In this document: positions 28,950 through 39,665 of the stretch, piece after piece
Layout of the letters: the number at the start of each line of letters is the position of its first letter
How positions within the stretch are numbered: position 1 is the first letter of the stretch
From: Chitinophagaceae bacterium
GTDB taxonomy: Bacteria; Bacteroidota; Bacteroidia; Chitinophagales; Chitinophagaceae
DNA: 64,000 nucleotides
Direction: 5' to 3'
Assembly (NCBI GenBank): GCA_044350285.1
Contig: JBILHX010000001.1
Span: 2,646 to 66,645, forward strand
Notes under the pieces: generated by a model
What the model saw: only the letters and a program-made list of their open reading frames with translations
What the model was told of the DNA's origin: nothing
Databases searched by the model: none
Program-made: the position numbers and the translations under genes

Positions 28950-31900
28950 CCTCTCAATAAATTCCACCAATTTATTTAATTCCTCCACCGGGTTTTTCCA
29001 CCAATTGGCAGACCAAATCCGGTGTACTATAAAACCCTCTTTTTCCAATTGCGATTGCCTGTAAATGTCGTGATGCCAAATCAGCTCATCGCTGTGATAG
29101 GCAGCACCATCAAAGGCTATGGCGATTTTAATGTTTGATCTTTCATTGATTACCACAATGCCTATCCTGAATCCACCGCATTTATAATTTGATAAAACAG
29201 TATGTCCTTGAAGTTTATCAGAAAGCATTTTGTACACTTCCATTTCAAACGGAGATTCCTGGGAAGAATCATTGTTGTCATCCTTATGCGTTACATCAGC
29301 AATTTTTCTCCTGATATCTTCTAACAAACTTTCTTTCATTTCCTTGTTGCCATCACTCACATATCGGCAATAAAGCAAATAGGCCAATAACCCTGATTTC
29401 CCAGATACCTTCAACTCGCTTTCAATGATCGACCTGCATTCATGCTGTCTTTCCTCCGGGATGGATGTTAACATATAAAGCTTTTCTTTCGCCCTGGTGA
29501 TGATTACATTGAGCAGCCTGTATCCATTTTTTTGACTGATGGGGCCAAAGTTCATCAGAAACCTGCCGTCTTTTTTTTGCCCAAATGTGGTTGAGATGAT
29601 GATGATATCCCGTTCATCTCCTTGTATGTTTTCAAGGTTCTTTACAAAAAAACCGTTCAATTCCAAAGACACCATTTTCTTGTTGAAAACCGGGTTTGAA
29701 AACCTTTCCTTGGTTATCATGTCCAGAATCAAATTCCTTTGCGTAAGGTTGAATGTGGCTATCCCCAGCGATTTTTCGGATGGAATCTCGTCTTTGATGA
29801 GTTGAATTACTTGTTCCGCTTCTTGTGGATTTGTTCTGTTTTCATACAACCCATTCACTTGCTTAAACACAATGGGGGCTTCTTTGATGGATCCCGGCAT
29901 GGGGACTAAACGTGACTTATAAAAACAGGTATTCGAGAACTCGATTAAGTCTGGGTGTTTAGAGCGATAGTGCATGTCTAGGTAAGTCTCTTGAAAACCC
30001 TCGTCTATGGCCCATTCCAACAACGATTCTTTTGTTGCCATTTCCTGTTCTGAGATTCCGACCAAGAAATCGTCTTCATCAATATAATCAACATCATCAT
30101 TATAAATGACGTTTGCATTCCTGTTGCTTTCAAAATAACCAGAGGGTGGCATCTGCTGACTGTCTCCTGAAATGATTACAGACTTACCCCTCAGTAGGGC
30201 AGAGAAGGTGTCTTCAATCCGCAGCTGACTGGCTTCGTCAAAGATGACAAGGTCAAATAATTCACCGGCCAATGGGAAAAGGGCGCTTACGTTTGTTGGG
30301 TTTGCCAAGATTAGCGGATGCATGTCTGTAAAGGCTTCATGATCAAAATTTACAATCTTTCTCAGGGAATTTCTTGATTCACCATTCATCCCCCTGAGGT
30401 TGTAAAGTTTTCTGAATCCGATGCTGGACTGATCCAACCTGAAAATTCCATCATTGAACCATACCAACAAATTCTCGCGGATAATGGCATTTTGTTTTGA
30501 AGCGATATTGTTTTTTAACTCTTCAATCAACATGAGATCACTTTCATTATCAGGCATTTTCTTTGTTCTAAATGCCTGTGATAACAATTTGTACAACGAT
30601 ACCTTATCGAAGTCTGTACCCCAATTTTTTGAATTTCCACCAATCAATAAATAAATGAAATTCCTCAGGCTTAGGTCTGTTTTTTCAAATGCTCCGCGCC
30701 AATTCAAGTATTTTTCATATTCCCCTTCTCGTTTATACAATCCTTGAATATATTCTCCCAACTTAAACCATGCTGACATCCTTTCCCTGATATCATGTCC
30801 GTTTGTTTGATGTTCAGACAACTCTAAAATTCCCGATAAATTGGCAATCGTTTGTTCTGTCAAACCACACAACCTGATCCATTCTTCAGCATCTAGTTTC
30901 TTTAATTCAGACAACTCCAATTGCTGTCCAGCATAAAATTTGTCAATGAAACTTCGTACAATGGATGTTCTGTTAGATTCCACATATTGATGGGTTTCAT
31001 TGGCTGTCATCCTTTCAATATTTTCCTTCACCAAACCGTTTATTGCTTCAATCAATTCAGCTTTTACTTTTCCTGCTTCGAGGGAAGCGTCTTGTATTTG
31101 ATTCCCATCCTTGTTGAAAAGCAGGATAATCTTTTCGAAGAAGCTTGGTCTCAGTGGGTTTTTTAACCTGCCGTTCATTTCTTTTACCAACGTTGCATAA
31201 CGTTTTGCAAGAGTTGTTAGAAGGGTGATGTGAATGTCAGCTTTTCGTTCAACCGTTTTGCCATACACTTCATAAATGTTGCTCAATCCAAACAGCGCTG
31301 ATTTTAATTCAAAGGAAAAGTTCCTGATTTCATATGGAATGTTTTCAAATGAATCTGGATTGATGTCTTTGCAAAATACCATGTCAAACTCACTGATGGC
31401 AAGTTCGGTTTGAACGTATAAATAGTGAAGTTGTTTGATTTTTGTTGAAACTTCAGAAGTTGTATTTTCTTCATTGACAAAATTCAACCGGGTAGACAAC
31501 CACTCCAATTCTTGGATGCTGTCTTGTTCTACATTCAATGTTATCCATTCTGCAACAAAATCAATCCACCGTTTGTCGTTTTCTATCAGCAACCTTAAAT
31601 TGCCGTATTTTTTGTCAATCTCTTCGATGATTTTTTCGAAATGCGCATTTTCTTTTCTCAGCGATACCATCAATCCCAAATTCATCGGTATCTTATCAGG
31701 ATTCGTTTCACGCTCTCTTGCATTTTTCACCAATACATTTCTGTCTTTTGAAATGTCTTCTATCAGTGCAAGGGATCGCTCCAGAAAAGGATATTTCTTG
31801 AGTAAGTTATCATGAATCACTTGAAGCGCTGTTCTCTTTTCGCACACCACCAATACCTTCTTTTTATCTGCCAATGCTGTTGCAATGATGGCCGTAAGTG

Positions 31901-32912
31901 TTTGGCTTTTTCCAGTGCCGGGTGGACCTTGAATGACGATTTTGTCTTTGTTCGTAAGCGACCGAAGAACGGCGTGTTGACTAGGGTCTATGTCTATTGG
32001 ACTGGTTCTGTTTTCCCATTCTTGTCGTACATCTTCTTTATCTTCTTTATTTTCTTTAGGCTGACTTTCAAGTTGTTCAATCAGTGAATTGATGTCGTTG
32101 ATGAGGCTTTGTTTCTGGCTTTTGTAAATGCCGAAAATGCCATTGAGTAATATGCGGGAATTGTATTCTTCTTCTAGTTGAATGGTTATTTTCTCTGGAA
32201 TTGTTTCAAGGTTTGTCCAATCTAATTCCTTTGAATCTGAAATATTTAATTTGGCTTTAATTTCTTTGATGTAGGCTTCAAGCTCAGTTTTTTCGATGAG
32301 GCCGTCTTCTGTCATGTGCTCAGGTAGCGGAGGTATGTCAATTTTGAATTCTGATTTCAAGTAAGATCGCAATGCATCGTTGGTAAGTATGCTGCTATCT
32401 GGTTTTCTTGTAATGATCCACGCATTATGATGGTCGTATGTTTGTTTGATGTCCAATTGCCAAATCAGCAAAGGAGCCACAATAAGCTTGCTGCTGTCTT
32501 GGTGGTTTTTTAGGATAATTAGTGGAAATCCAAAACCAAAGGTTTCAACACCCAATTCTTTTTGAATGTCTTCATGGTCATATTTGATGCTGCTCAACCT
32601 TCTGTCTACAAGGCCTATTTTTTTATTTTTTTCATGAATAGGGTCGATGTTTTCATTCGGTTCATTTTTTTTCGTTTGGATGTATTTGATTGAGAACTTC
32701 ATGTCAAAATCCAACGCTGTGGTGATTTTTTGAATGAATTCTGAAGAAAAATCTTTCTTTATTTGGTCAAGGTCATTCAGAGGAAGCCTGGATGTCAATT
32801 TTCCTGGTAAGCAGTTTAGTAAAATAGATCGGGTGCTGCCATAGCTCAGTTTGTTTTTTAAGATTTCTAGAAATGTGGTTGAAAAAGTTGTCATGTGGAT
32901 GTTTTCTAACAA
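28920..32912 (-). CDS. DUF4011-type SF1 (UPF1-like) helicase with C-terminal Vsr/DUF559-like domain (Hhe-like architecture)
   Basis: DPSQ, GPPGTGKS, VVCEKRTAL, IFDEASQ, GDSQQMPP, HYRS, NIQGDERD, LNVIITRAK; C-terminal SPFE...YHS...RQ..LE..G..VHRIWS; alternative start ATG 32894. Confidence 0.85.
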   Translation of the reverse strand: MLENIHMTTFSTTFLEILKNKLSYGSTRSILLNCLPGKLTSRLPLNDLDQIKKDFSSEFIQKITTALDFDMKFSIKYIQTKKNEPNENIDPIHEKNKKIGLVDRRLSSIKYDHEDIQKELGVETFGFGFPLIILKNHQDSSKLIVAPLLIWQLDIKQTYDHHNAWIITRKPDSSILTNDALRSYLKSEFKIDIPPLPEHMTEDGLIEKTELEAYIKEIKAKLNISDSKELDWTNLETIPEKITIQLEEEYNSRILLNGIFGIYKSQKQSLINDINSLIEQLESQPKENKEDKEDVRQEWENRTSPIDIDPSQHAVLRSLTNKDKIVIQGPPGTGKSQTLTAIIATALADKKKVLVVCEKRTALQVIHDNLLKKYPFLERSLALIEDISKDRNVLVKNARERETNPDKIPMNLGLMVSLRKENAHFEKIIEEIDKKYGNLRLLIENDKRWIDFVAEWITLNVEQDSIQELEWLSTRLNFVNEENTTSEVSTKIKQLHYLYVQTELAISEFDMVFCKDINPDSFENIPYEIRNFSFELKSALFGLSNIYEVYGKTVERKADIHITLLTTLAKRYATLVKEMNGRLKNPLRPSFFEKIILLFNKDGNQIQDASLEAGKVKAELIEAINGLVKENIERMTANETHQYVESNRTSIVRSFIDKFYAGQQLELSELKKLDAEEWIRLCGLTEQTIANLSGILELSEHQTNGHDIRERMSAWFKLGEYIQGLYKREGEYEKYLNWRGAFEKTDLSLRNFIYLLIGGNSKNWGTDFDKVSLYKLLSQAFRTKKMPDNESDLMLIEELKNNIASKQNAIIRENLLVWFNDGIFRLDQSSIGFRKLYNLRGMNGESRNSLRKIVNFDHEAFTDMHPLILANPTNVSALFPLAGELFDLVIFDEASQLRIEDTFSALLRGKSVIISGDSQQMPPSGYFESNRNANVIYNDDVDYIDEDDFLVGISEQEMATKESLLEWAIDEGFQETYLDMHYRSKHPDLIEFSNTCFYKSRLVPMPGSIKEAPIVFKQVNGLYENRTNPQEAEQVIQLIKDEIPSEKSLGIATFNLTQRNLILDMITKERFSNPVFNKKMVSLELNGFFVKNLENIQGDERDIIIISTTFGQKKDGRFLMNFGPISQKNGYRLLNVIITRAKEKLYMLTSIPEERQHECRSIIESELKVSGKSGLLAYLLYCRYVSDGNKEMKESLLEDIRRKIADVTHKDDNNDSSQESPFEMEVYKMLSDKLQGHTVLSNYKCGGFRIGIVVINERSNIKIAIAFDGAAYHSDELIWHHDIYRQSQLEKEGFIVHRIWSANWWKNPVEELNKLVEFIERNSQGRGTRD

Positions 32913-33038
32913 ATTTTTAGAAATCCCTGCCGGGGTTTAAAATGATTTTTATTTGAGAGCAGTAAAATACTTCATATTTTTTTAAATACTGTTCGATCAA
33001 GAACATCTAGGTTTGTTTTTAGGTGTTTTTTTTGGTGA

Positions 33039-34028
33039 TTAACCTTGTTTCCCAGAATTTAATAATTCTTTAATGCCACCAATAGAACTTAGTATTCCTG
33101 TTGCTTCGTAAGGCATGTAAATTACTTTATTGTCTTTTCCACTCACCATTTCTCCTAATTTGTCGATGTATCGAACCGCAATCAAATAATTTACCGGATC
33201 GCTTTTTGTTGATCCTATCGCTTGGATGATTTTTTGAATGGCTTCAGCTTCTCCTTCGGCAGTTCTTATTCTTGCCTGTGCTTCACCTTCTGCTCTCAAA
33301 ATGATGGCTTGTTTTTCTCCTTCTGCCTTGTTGATCTCTGCCGATTTCAATCCTTCAGAGGTTAACACCTGTGAGGCTTTGGACCCTTCTGCTTCGAGTA
33401 TTGATGCCCTTTTTGACCTTTCTGCTTGCATTTGCTTTTCCATCGCTTCCCTGATATGAGCAGGCGGATTGATGTCTTGCAATTCAACCCTGTTTACTTT
33501 CACTCCCCACTTGTGGGTGGCTTCATCCAATACGTTTCTCAACTTGCTGTTGATGGTGTCTCTTGAAGTCAGCGTTTCATCCAATTCTAATTCTCCTATT
33601 ACATTTCTCAACGTTGTTTGTGTGAGTTTTTCAATTGCGTCGGGTAGATTTGAAATTTCATAAACGGCTTTCACTGGATCCGTTACCTGAAAATATAGTA
33701 TGGCATTGATTTCTGTAACAACATTGTCTTTTGTTATTACATTCTGTTTGGGAAAATCATACACACTCTCCCTTAAATCTATCTTGGTTGTGCTTGTTTT
33801 TAAAATCACATTTCTGCCGTCAATTCCTTCTTTTAAATAGCGCCACATGATCTCTCTTGGCCTGTCAATAATTGGCCAAATGATGTTTATTCCTGCTTGC
33901 AATGTTCTGCTGTATTTACCGAGTCGCTCAATCACCATTGTTTCTGATTGTTGAACGATTTTAAATCCCATCAACACAAAAATGATGACAAAAAATGCAA
34001 TTAATGACAAGATGATTGTAACTCCCAT
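33039..34028 (-). CDS. SPFH/stomatin (QmcA-like) membrane scaffold protein
   Basis: N-terminal TM, IERLGKY, QNVITKDNV, TTLRNVIG, WGVKVNRVE, QMQAER coiled-coil. Confidence 0.93.
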   Translation of the reverse strand: MGVTIILSLIAFFVIIFVLMGFKIVQQSETMVIERLGKYSRTLQAGINIIWPIIDRPREIMWRYLKEGIDGRNVILKTSTTKIDLRESVYDFPKQNVITKDNVVTEINAILYFQVTDPVKAVYEISNLPDAIEKLTQTTLRNVIGELELDETLTSRDTINSKLRNVLDEATHKWGVKVNRVELQDINPPAHIREAMEKQMQAERSKRASILEAEGSKASQVLTSEGLKSAEINKAEGEKQAIILRAEGEAQARIRTAEGEAEAIQKIIQAIGSTKSDPVNYLIAVRYIDKLGEMVSGKDNKVIYMPYEATGILSSIGGIKELLNSGKQG

Positions 34029-34032
34029 GTGT

Positions 34033-34482
34033 TTATTTTTTAGAGATTGATTTGACTGTTAAAATGGTGCTATTTACTTTTAAGACTTCTATTTTTTCAC
34101 CTTCTTTGATGATTTCTTGGTTCTCTGTCTCTGCCTTCCAATCATCACCTCCAACCGAAACCCTGCCTTGGTTTAATGAATTGTCAATAGTTACAACAAC
34201 ACGTCCTTCTTTTCCAACAAGTGCATCGGTATTGGTTTTTACATTGCTGTTTTTATTGTGTGCATATTTCAGCATGAATGGCCTTACCCCAAAAAAAGTA
34301 CCCAATGTTGCAAGAGAAAATGAAATGAGTTGAATTTTAATACCCATGTCCATATAAGAGAATAAACCTGCCGCTATACATCCAATGGCAAGACAGCTTG
34401 CCAAGAGGGCAGGAGTGAATATTTCAACAATGAACAGTATGATGGCCATGATAATCCATAAATGCCAAGTTTCTAACTCCAT
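34033..34482 (-). CDS. NfeD family (YbbJ-like) membrane protein
   Basis: W....IILFIVEIF TM segments, LVGKEG.V, GRVSVGGDDWKA OB-fold; 4 nt upstream of SPFH. Confidence 0.92.
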   Translation of the reverse strand: MELETWHLWIIMAIILFIVEIFTPALLASCLAIGCIAAGLFSYMDMGIKIQLISFSLATLGTFFGVRPFMLKYAHNKNSNVKTNTDALVGKEGRVVVTIDNSLNQGRVSVGGDDWKAETENQEIIKEGEKIEVLKVNSTILTVKSISKK

Positions 34483-34710
34483 GCTTTTTTATTAATGTTT
34501 TCTCGTTTTCTTTTTTCAAATCAACTGTAAGAATTTTCTTGCTGGTTAATTTGCTTACTTACTTTGATTTTAGTAAAATACACCTATTTTTTAAGTTGTT
34601 TGTGTATTGGCTTTACTTATTTTTTATTTCCTTAACTAAATTAAATCATAACATTCCTATTTTTAATGCGCTTTAGTTTTACCGATTTTCATATTAGAAA
34701 AAAACACCAA

Positions 34711-35259
34711 ATGAATATTAATTTCACAACACCCCGAATTAAAAAAATCTTGCTTTATTGTTTTTTTGGTATGATGTTTCTTTTATTATTGATTGCGTTT
34801 GTTCCGTACAATTATGTCATGCCTGTAAAAGGGGCTAGCATCAATAGTTACAGCCAGCAGTCATTCTGGGCCTATCCTTGGGGCAAATCCGGTCACCACA
34901 AGGGAGTTGATATTTTTGCAAAACAAGGCACTCCAGTTCTTTCGGCCACAAAGGGAATGGTTGTTTATGTTGGACAACTTTCGCTTGGTGGCAATGTTGT
35001 GCTTGTGTTGGGACCAAGATTGCAATCACACTACTACGCGCACCTGAAAAAAATAAAAACCGCTGCATTTTCACTTGTTTCTGAAGGTGACGAAATAGGC
35101 GAAGTTGGAACAACAGGCAATGCAAAAGGAAAACCACCACACTTGCATTATTCTATCGGTCAAACATTCCCTGACATTTTTGGAGAAGGTCCTTTGGTGA
35201 AACGATTTTATGTTAATCCAACTCCCCTCCTGAATAAGTCAACCCATGTTGTCTATTAG
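34711..35259 (+). CDS. M23 family metallopeptidase with N-terminal membrane anchor
   Basis: HKGVDIF, YYAHL, GTTGNA...PPHLHY. Confidence 0.9.
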   Translation: MNINFTTPRIKKILLYCFFGMMFLLLLIAFVPYNYVMPVKGASINSYSQQSFWAYPWGKSGHHKGVDIFAKQGTPVLSATKGMVVYVGQLSLGGNVVLVLGPRLQSHYYAHLKKIKTAAFSLVSEGDEIGEVGTTGNAKGKPPHLHYSIGQTFPDIFGEGPLVKRFYVNPTPLLNKSTHVVY

Positions 35260-35304
35260 TCAAAAACTAAAAACATAAAACCAAAAACTAAAATGTGGCA
35301 TCAT

Positions 35305-38300
35305 TTATACTGAAATAATCTTTAATGTGGTGGTTTCATCATTGTATTTTAAGGAGATCGTGCTTTCCCCATTTTGGAGCTTTTCCACAATGATTTGTGT
35401 GCCGATTCTTTCCTTGAGGCTTTCAACATGGCTGATAATACCAACCAGTTTGTCTCCTTCTACCTGCATTTTCTCCAACATATTTATGGCATTGTATAAA
35501 TCGTCGGGTGACAAGCTACCGAAACCTTCGTCAATGAACATGGAATCTATTCTTACGTTTTGAGATGCCATATCGCTCAATGCCAATGCCAGGGCTAATG
35601 ATATCACAAAACGCTCTCCTCCGGATACACTGTCAATGGTTCTCCATTCATCTCCCATATAGGTATCTATCACCCAGATGCTGTCCTCATCATCATCCTT
35701 GCCCAACTCAAGTTGGTATCTGTCCATCAACGTTTCCAACCTGTTATTTGCTAAGCCAAACAAATGTTTCATGGTGATGCGTTGAACAATATTGTTGAAG
35801 GTATTTCCCGTTGCATCCCCAATGTAATAATTCAGTATGCTGTACAGGCTTTCCTCTTTTTTCTTTTGTTCTATTTCTTGCAAGATGATGCTGTGTCTTG
35901 ATTTGTTTTCTGCATCAACATCTATTGCTTTTTTAATTTCACCTTGTCTTAAAATATTTTCATGTTGAAGGTCTTTTTTTTCTGTTATTTCTTCGTTCAA
36001 TTTTTCAAGTGAAACAGTTGCGTCGTCTTTTTCTTTTTCTGCATGCAGACTTTTCGATGTTTGGTCTTTTTTTCCTGCATGTGTTGATCTTTTTTCATTG
36101 AATTCGGCAATTGACTTCCTGATTTGCTGCACACTTAACGCATCCATCATTGCATCCTTGAATGCCTCAAAATGCTGAAATCCAGCATGGGTAATGGATA
36201 CAGCAAGGTCAGCGTGAACTGAATTGATTTCGCTTTGCAACCTGACAATGTTGCTGTCTGCCGCCATCAAAGCAACTTGTTGAGATTGAATCGTTGAATC
36301 GATTCTGGTCCAACTGGTATTCAATTCATTCCTCATCGCCCCTATAGAAGTACCCTTATACATACTATCTCTTTCGCTTTTTTTAGTGTTTAAATTTTCA
36401 GTAATTGCTAAATAGTTTTCAAGATCAAGCATAAACGAAACTATTCTGGGTTCTACAAATTGCCATTCACGGTGGATTCCTATTAAGCTTTTGTTTTCTT
36501 CTGCTTCTGAAATCGCCAAATCAATCGCTGTTTTTTCTGTTGAGGACGGCAATCCCAACACATCTAATTTGTTGATTAACTTTGTTCTTGTTTCTAATGC
36601 CCCTTGGCTGAATTGAAGAATGTTTTTTTCAATGTTTTGCAACTGGATTTCCAAACGGTCTTGCTCCCTGCTTTTGGTTTTAAATTCTTCTTTTAATTTA
36701 TTGACTGATGTTTTGTAATTATTGTATTCGTTTTCGATGACATTGTTTAGTTGAGGAAGGTCTTTTGTGTAAGGATGTTGCAGTGATCCACAACATGGAC
36801 AAGCACTTCCTTCAACCAAAGCTTGCCGTTGTATTTCCATCGACATCACGGCGTTGTTCGCATCCACTGCTTGTTTCAGGGTTTCTAAAGCGGTGCTTTC
36901 TTTTTCGATTTTTGTGTTGAGCTCGTCCAATTCCTTTTCAACTGAAACCAATGCGGCTTCTTGTTTTTTGTGCGTTTCAGTTTCTTCAACCCTTTCCTTT
37001 TCTTTTTTCTGATGATCAACGAAGCAATTGGAACATTCAATTAAATTGATGATTCTTTGTTGTTGGATTTTGATGGCCATTTCCGGATCTTCCATGTTGA
37101 TGCCAACCGGTAAAGGCATTGCCATCATTTCCTGTTGCTTCTTGAATAGGTATTCATTGAGCTTGTCAATTTCTTTAGCAATCGGTTTTATGTCATTTTT
37201 GAAGATATCCGGAAAGCTGCTCACTGCTCCGTTTAGTGCATTTTTCTTGGCACTTATGTCTGCTTCAATGCGTGTTAATTCAACATCAATTGTTGCAATC
37301 TTGTCATGAAAATCATCCAAAGCCCTTTTAAAATTTTCTACGGTAGCTGTTTCACCACTTTCAATCTTAAACTGCTGAATTACTCCATCACGCTGCTGAT
37401 GCAATACTGATATCGAATCATTTGCAGCATTTGTCTTCTTTTCTTCTGCCAACATTTCCTTTTCCAATGCATGCCATTCATTCCATCTTGGAATGAGGGA
37501 TTCTGTTCTCTCATGGGCATTTAGTTTTTCTTTTGATGAAGTTAACTCCAATTCCTTTTTGATCAACTCATGCTGTTCCGCCTCCAACATCATAGCGTCT
37601 TTTTCAAGCTGAATGATTTTGTCTTTGGTTTGTTTTTTTGTTTCCAAGGCAACTATCAATCCATTTAACTCAGCTTGTTTTTGTTGCAGTGTTTGCTGTT
37701 CTTCTTGAATGGATTTTAATTCATCTTCTTCCATCACGCTTATCATGCCGATCCTTCCATTCAGATTCTTGATATTTTCCTTGATCGAATTAAATCTTTG
37801 AAAAGCCAATTTTCCTATTTCACGAAAAAATCCAGTGCCCGTAATGATTTCAAGCAACTTATACCTATCTGCATCCTTGGCTTTTAGGAATTCATCAAAT
37901 TTACCCTGGCTCAACACAATGGCTTGTGTAAATTGTTCCTGCGTAAGTCCAATAATCTCAATGATTTTGGCCCTGGAGTCTTTTAGCTTATCTGCAATCG
38001 GAATAAATTCCCCATTTTTTTCTACACTCACTTTTAGCATGATCTGCCTCAGCGTCTCATTTTTTGTAAGTCCGGCCGACCATTGTGAGAGGTACTTTTC
38101 CCCATTTGACATGAAAATGATTTCTGCATAAGCTTCCTTTGTGCCTCTCGTGATTATTCCTTTCTTGTCTTCAATAGTTGTTTTTGTGATTTCCTCAAGC
38201 CTGGATGTATAAGAATAAAGTGCCAACGTGATGGCATCAAGTATGGTGCTTTTTCCTGCACCGGTTGGACCTGTAATGGCAAACAAACCGGCATTGGCAA

Positions 38301-38379
38301 GGGCTGGACTTTCAAAATCTATGCTGTATTTTCCTTTCAGTGAATTGAGGTTGCTGAAATTTAATTTTAATATTTTCAT
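35305..38379 (-). CDS. sbcC: SbcC/Rad50-like SMC ATPase
   Basis: GPTGAGKST, LSQGKF Q-loop, CPCCG zinc hook, VSGGERF signature, FIDEGFGSL, IISH. Confidence 0.93.
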   Translation of the reverse strand: MKILKLNFSNLNSLKGKYSIDFESPALANAGLFAITGPTGAGKSTILDAITLALYSYTSRLEEITKTTIEDKKGIITRGTKEAYAEIIFMSNGEKYLSQWSAGLTKNETLRQIMLKVSVEKNGEFIPIADKLKDSRAKIIEIIGLTQEQFTQAIVLSQGKFDEFLKAKDADRYKLLEIITGTGFFREIGKLAFQRFNSIKENIKNLNGRIGMISVMEEDELKSIQEEQQTLQQKQAELNGLIVALETKKQTKDKIIQLEKDAMMLEAEQHELIKKELELTSSKEKLNAHERTESLIPRWNEWHALEKEMLAEEKKTNAANDSISVLHQQRDGVIQQFKIESGETATVENFKRALDDFHDKIATIDVELTRIEADISAKKNALNGAVSSFPDIFKNDIKPIAKEIDKLNEYLFKKQQEMMAMPLPVGINMEDPEMAIKIQQQRIINLIECSNCFVDHQKKEKERVEETETHKKQEAALVSVEKELDELNTKIEKESTALETLKQAVDANNAVMSMEIQRQALVEGSACPCCGSLQHPYTKDLPQLNNVIENEYNNYKTSVNKLKEEFKTKSREQDRLEIQLQNIEKNILQFSQGALETRTKLINKLDVLGLPSSTEKTAIDLAISEAEENKSLIGIHREWQFVEPRIVSFMLDLENYLAITENLNTKKSERDSMYKGTSIGAMRNELNTSWTRIDSTIQSQQVALMAADSNIVRLQSEINSVHADLAVSITHAGFQHFEAFKDAMMDALSVQQIRKSIAEFNEKRSTHAGKKDQTSKSLHAEKEKDDATVSLEKLNEEITEKKDLQHENILRQGEIKKAIDVDAENKSRHSIILQEIEQKKKEESLYSILNYYIGDATGNTFNNIVQRITMKHLFGLANNRLETLMDRYQLELGKDDDEDSIWVIDTYMGDEWRTIDSVSGGERFVISLALALALSDMASQNVRIDSMFIDEGFGSLSPDDLYNAINMLEKMQVEGDKLVGIISHVESLKERIGTQIIVEKLQNGESTISLKYNDETTTLKIISV

Positions 38380-39590
38380 GCTTGTTGTTGGGTTGCATCC
38401 GCTAGGATGGTGTTGAAGATTTCCATTAATGCTGCTTTCTCGTTTTCGTCCTTGCGTTCCTCAATGAGTTTTTCAAAAACTGCTTTGGGCTCCAACTCAT
38501 TAACCCTGTTCTGTTGAATTGATGAAATCCTTCTGCTGCCTGATTTGTCTCGAAAATTTACCTTCAGGTTCACTATATTTAAATTCTTCTCTTTAATCTC
38601 TTGTTTCCAAGTTTCAACTTTCAACATAACATTGGCATCGTAGGTAGGCTCGTCTATATAAATATCCAACAAGGATGTCAAATCATATTTACACTCGGTT
38701 TTTGCAAGCTTCTCTTCTACTTCTTGTAAGCTGCCTTTCAGCTGATAAAGCGACCTGAACTTTGGCACAGGAACAAAGGTCTGCTTGATGGTTCCCTCGT
38801 TGATGTCAAGCTGAATAACTTTATGCTTGTAATTGTTTTCGGAGAATCCCAAGGAAATTGGACTGCTGGCATAATGAATGCGCCCTTCGATAACTGGTTG
38901 TCCTGTGTGAATATGTCCTAACCCTAGGTAATTAAATTGATCTAGCGCATCGGCTGGTATTCCCAACTCGTTGCCAATCTGAATCTCCCTTTCAGCTTCG
39001 CTGATGGTAGTTCCTTGCGTATGCAAGTGTGCCATACCGATATGAGGAATTTTAGGATAGAGGCGCTTGGTTTCGTTCCCAATCTCCATGAAGATTTTTT
39101 TCATTCCCTCCTTGATTTTCGCATCAATGGTTTTGCTTCCCTCGCTTTCTCCGACTTGGCGGATAAATCGGTCCTGCAAAAAAGGGATGGCCGCTACAAC
39201 CACTTTGTTTTTACCAGCTTTGTCCTCAATTGGGATGAGGATTTTTCCAATTTGATCATTGCCTGGAAACTTTCCAATCACCGTGATACCAAGTGATTGC
39301 AACAATGATGAAGGGGTGTCTAGAAATGATGGCGAATCATGGTTGCCAGAGGTGATGACTGCCTTGCATCCTAAACGTGACAACCGTACAAGGAAGTCAT
39401 AATACTGTTTTGATGCTTCGTTTGAGGGATTGTTTTGATCAAATACGTCCCCTGCGAGGAGTATATAATCAACTTCATTTTCTTTGATATAATTCAGCAA
39501 CCATTCGAAAAATTTTTCCATGTCGATGCTGAAATCTTCCATGTGCAGTCTTTTCCCAAGATGCCAATCTGCCGTAATTAATATTTTCAT
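38376..39590 (-). CDS. sbcD: SbcD/Mre11-like metallophosphoesterase nuclease
   Basis: TADWHLG, AGDVFD, GNHD, AH, LGHIH; 4-nt overlap with sbcC. Confidence 0.93.
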   Translation of the reverse strand: MKILITADWHLGKRLHMEDFSIDMEKFFEWLLNYIKENEVDYILLAGDVFDQNNPSNEASKQYYDFLVRLSRLGCKAVITSGNHDSPSFLDTPSSLLQSLGITVIGKFPGNDQIGKILIPIEDKAGKNKVVVAAIPFLQDRFIRQVGESEGSKTIDAKIKEGMKKIFMEIGNETKRLYPKIPHIGMAHLHTQGTTISEAEREIQIGNELGIPADALDQFNYLGLGHIHTGQPVIEGRIHYASSPISLGFSENNYKHKVIQLDINEGTIKQTFVPVPKFRSLYQLKGSLQEVEEKLAKTECKYDLTSLLDIYIDEPTYDANVMLKVETWKQEIKEKNLNIVNLKVNFRDKSGSRRISSIQQNRVNELEPKAVFEKLIEERKDENEKAALMEIFNTILADATQQQA

Positions 39591-39665
39591 CCTTGTGTTG
39601 GTATAATAGGTGCAACTTATCGATTGGAAGTGAAATTTTGTTTCAAAATTGCAATCTATTGTTTG

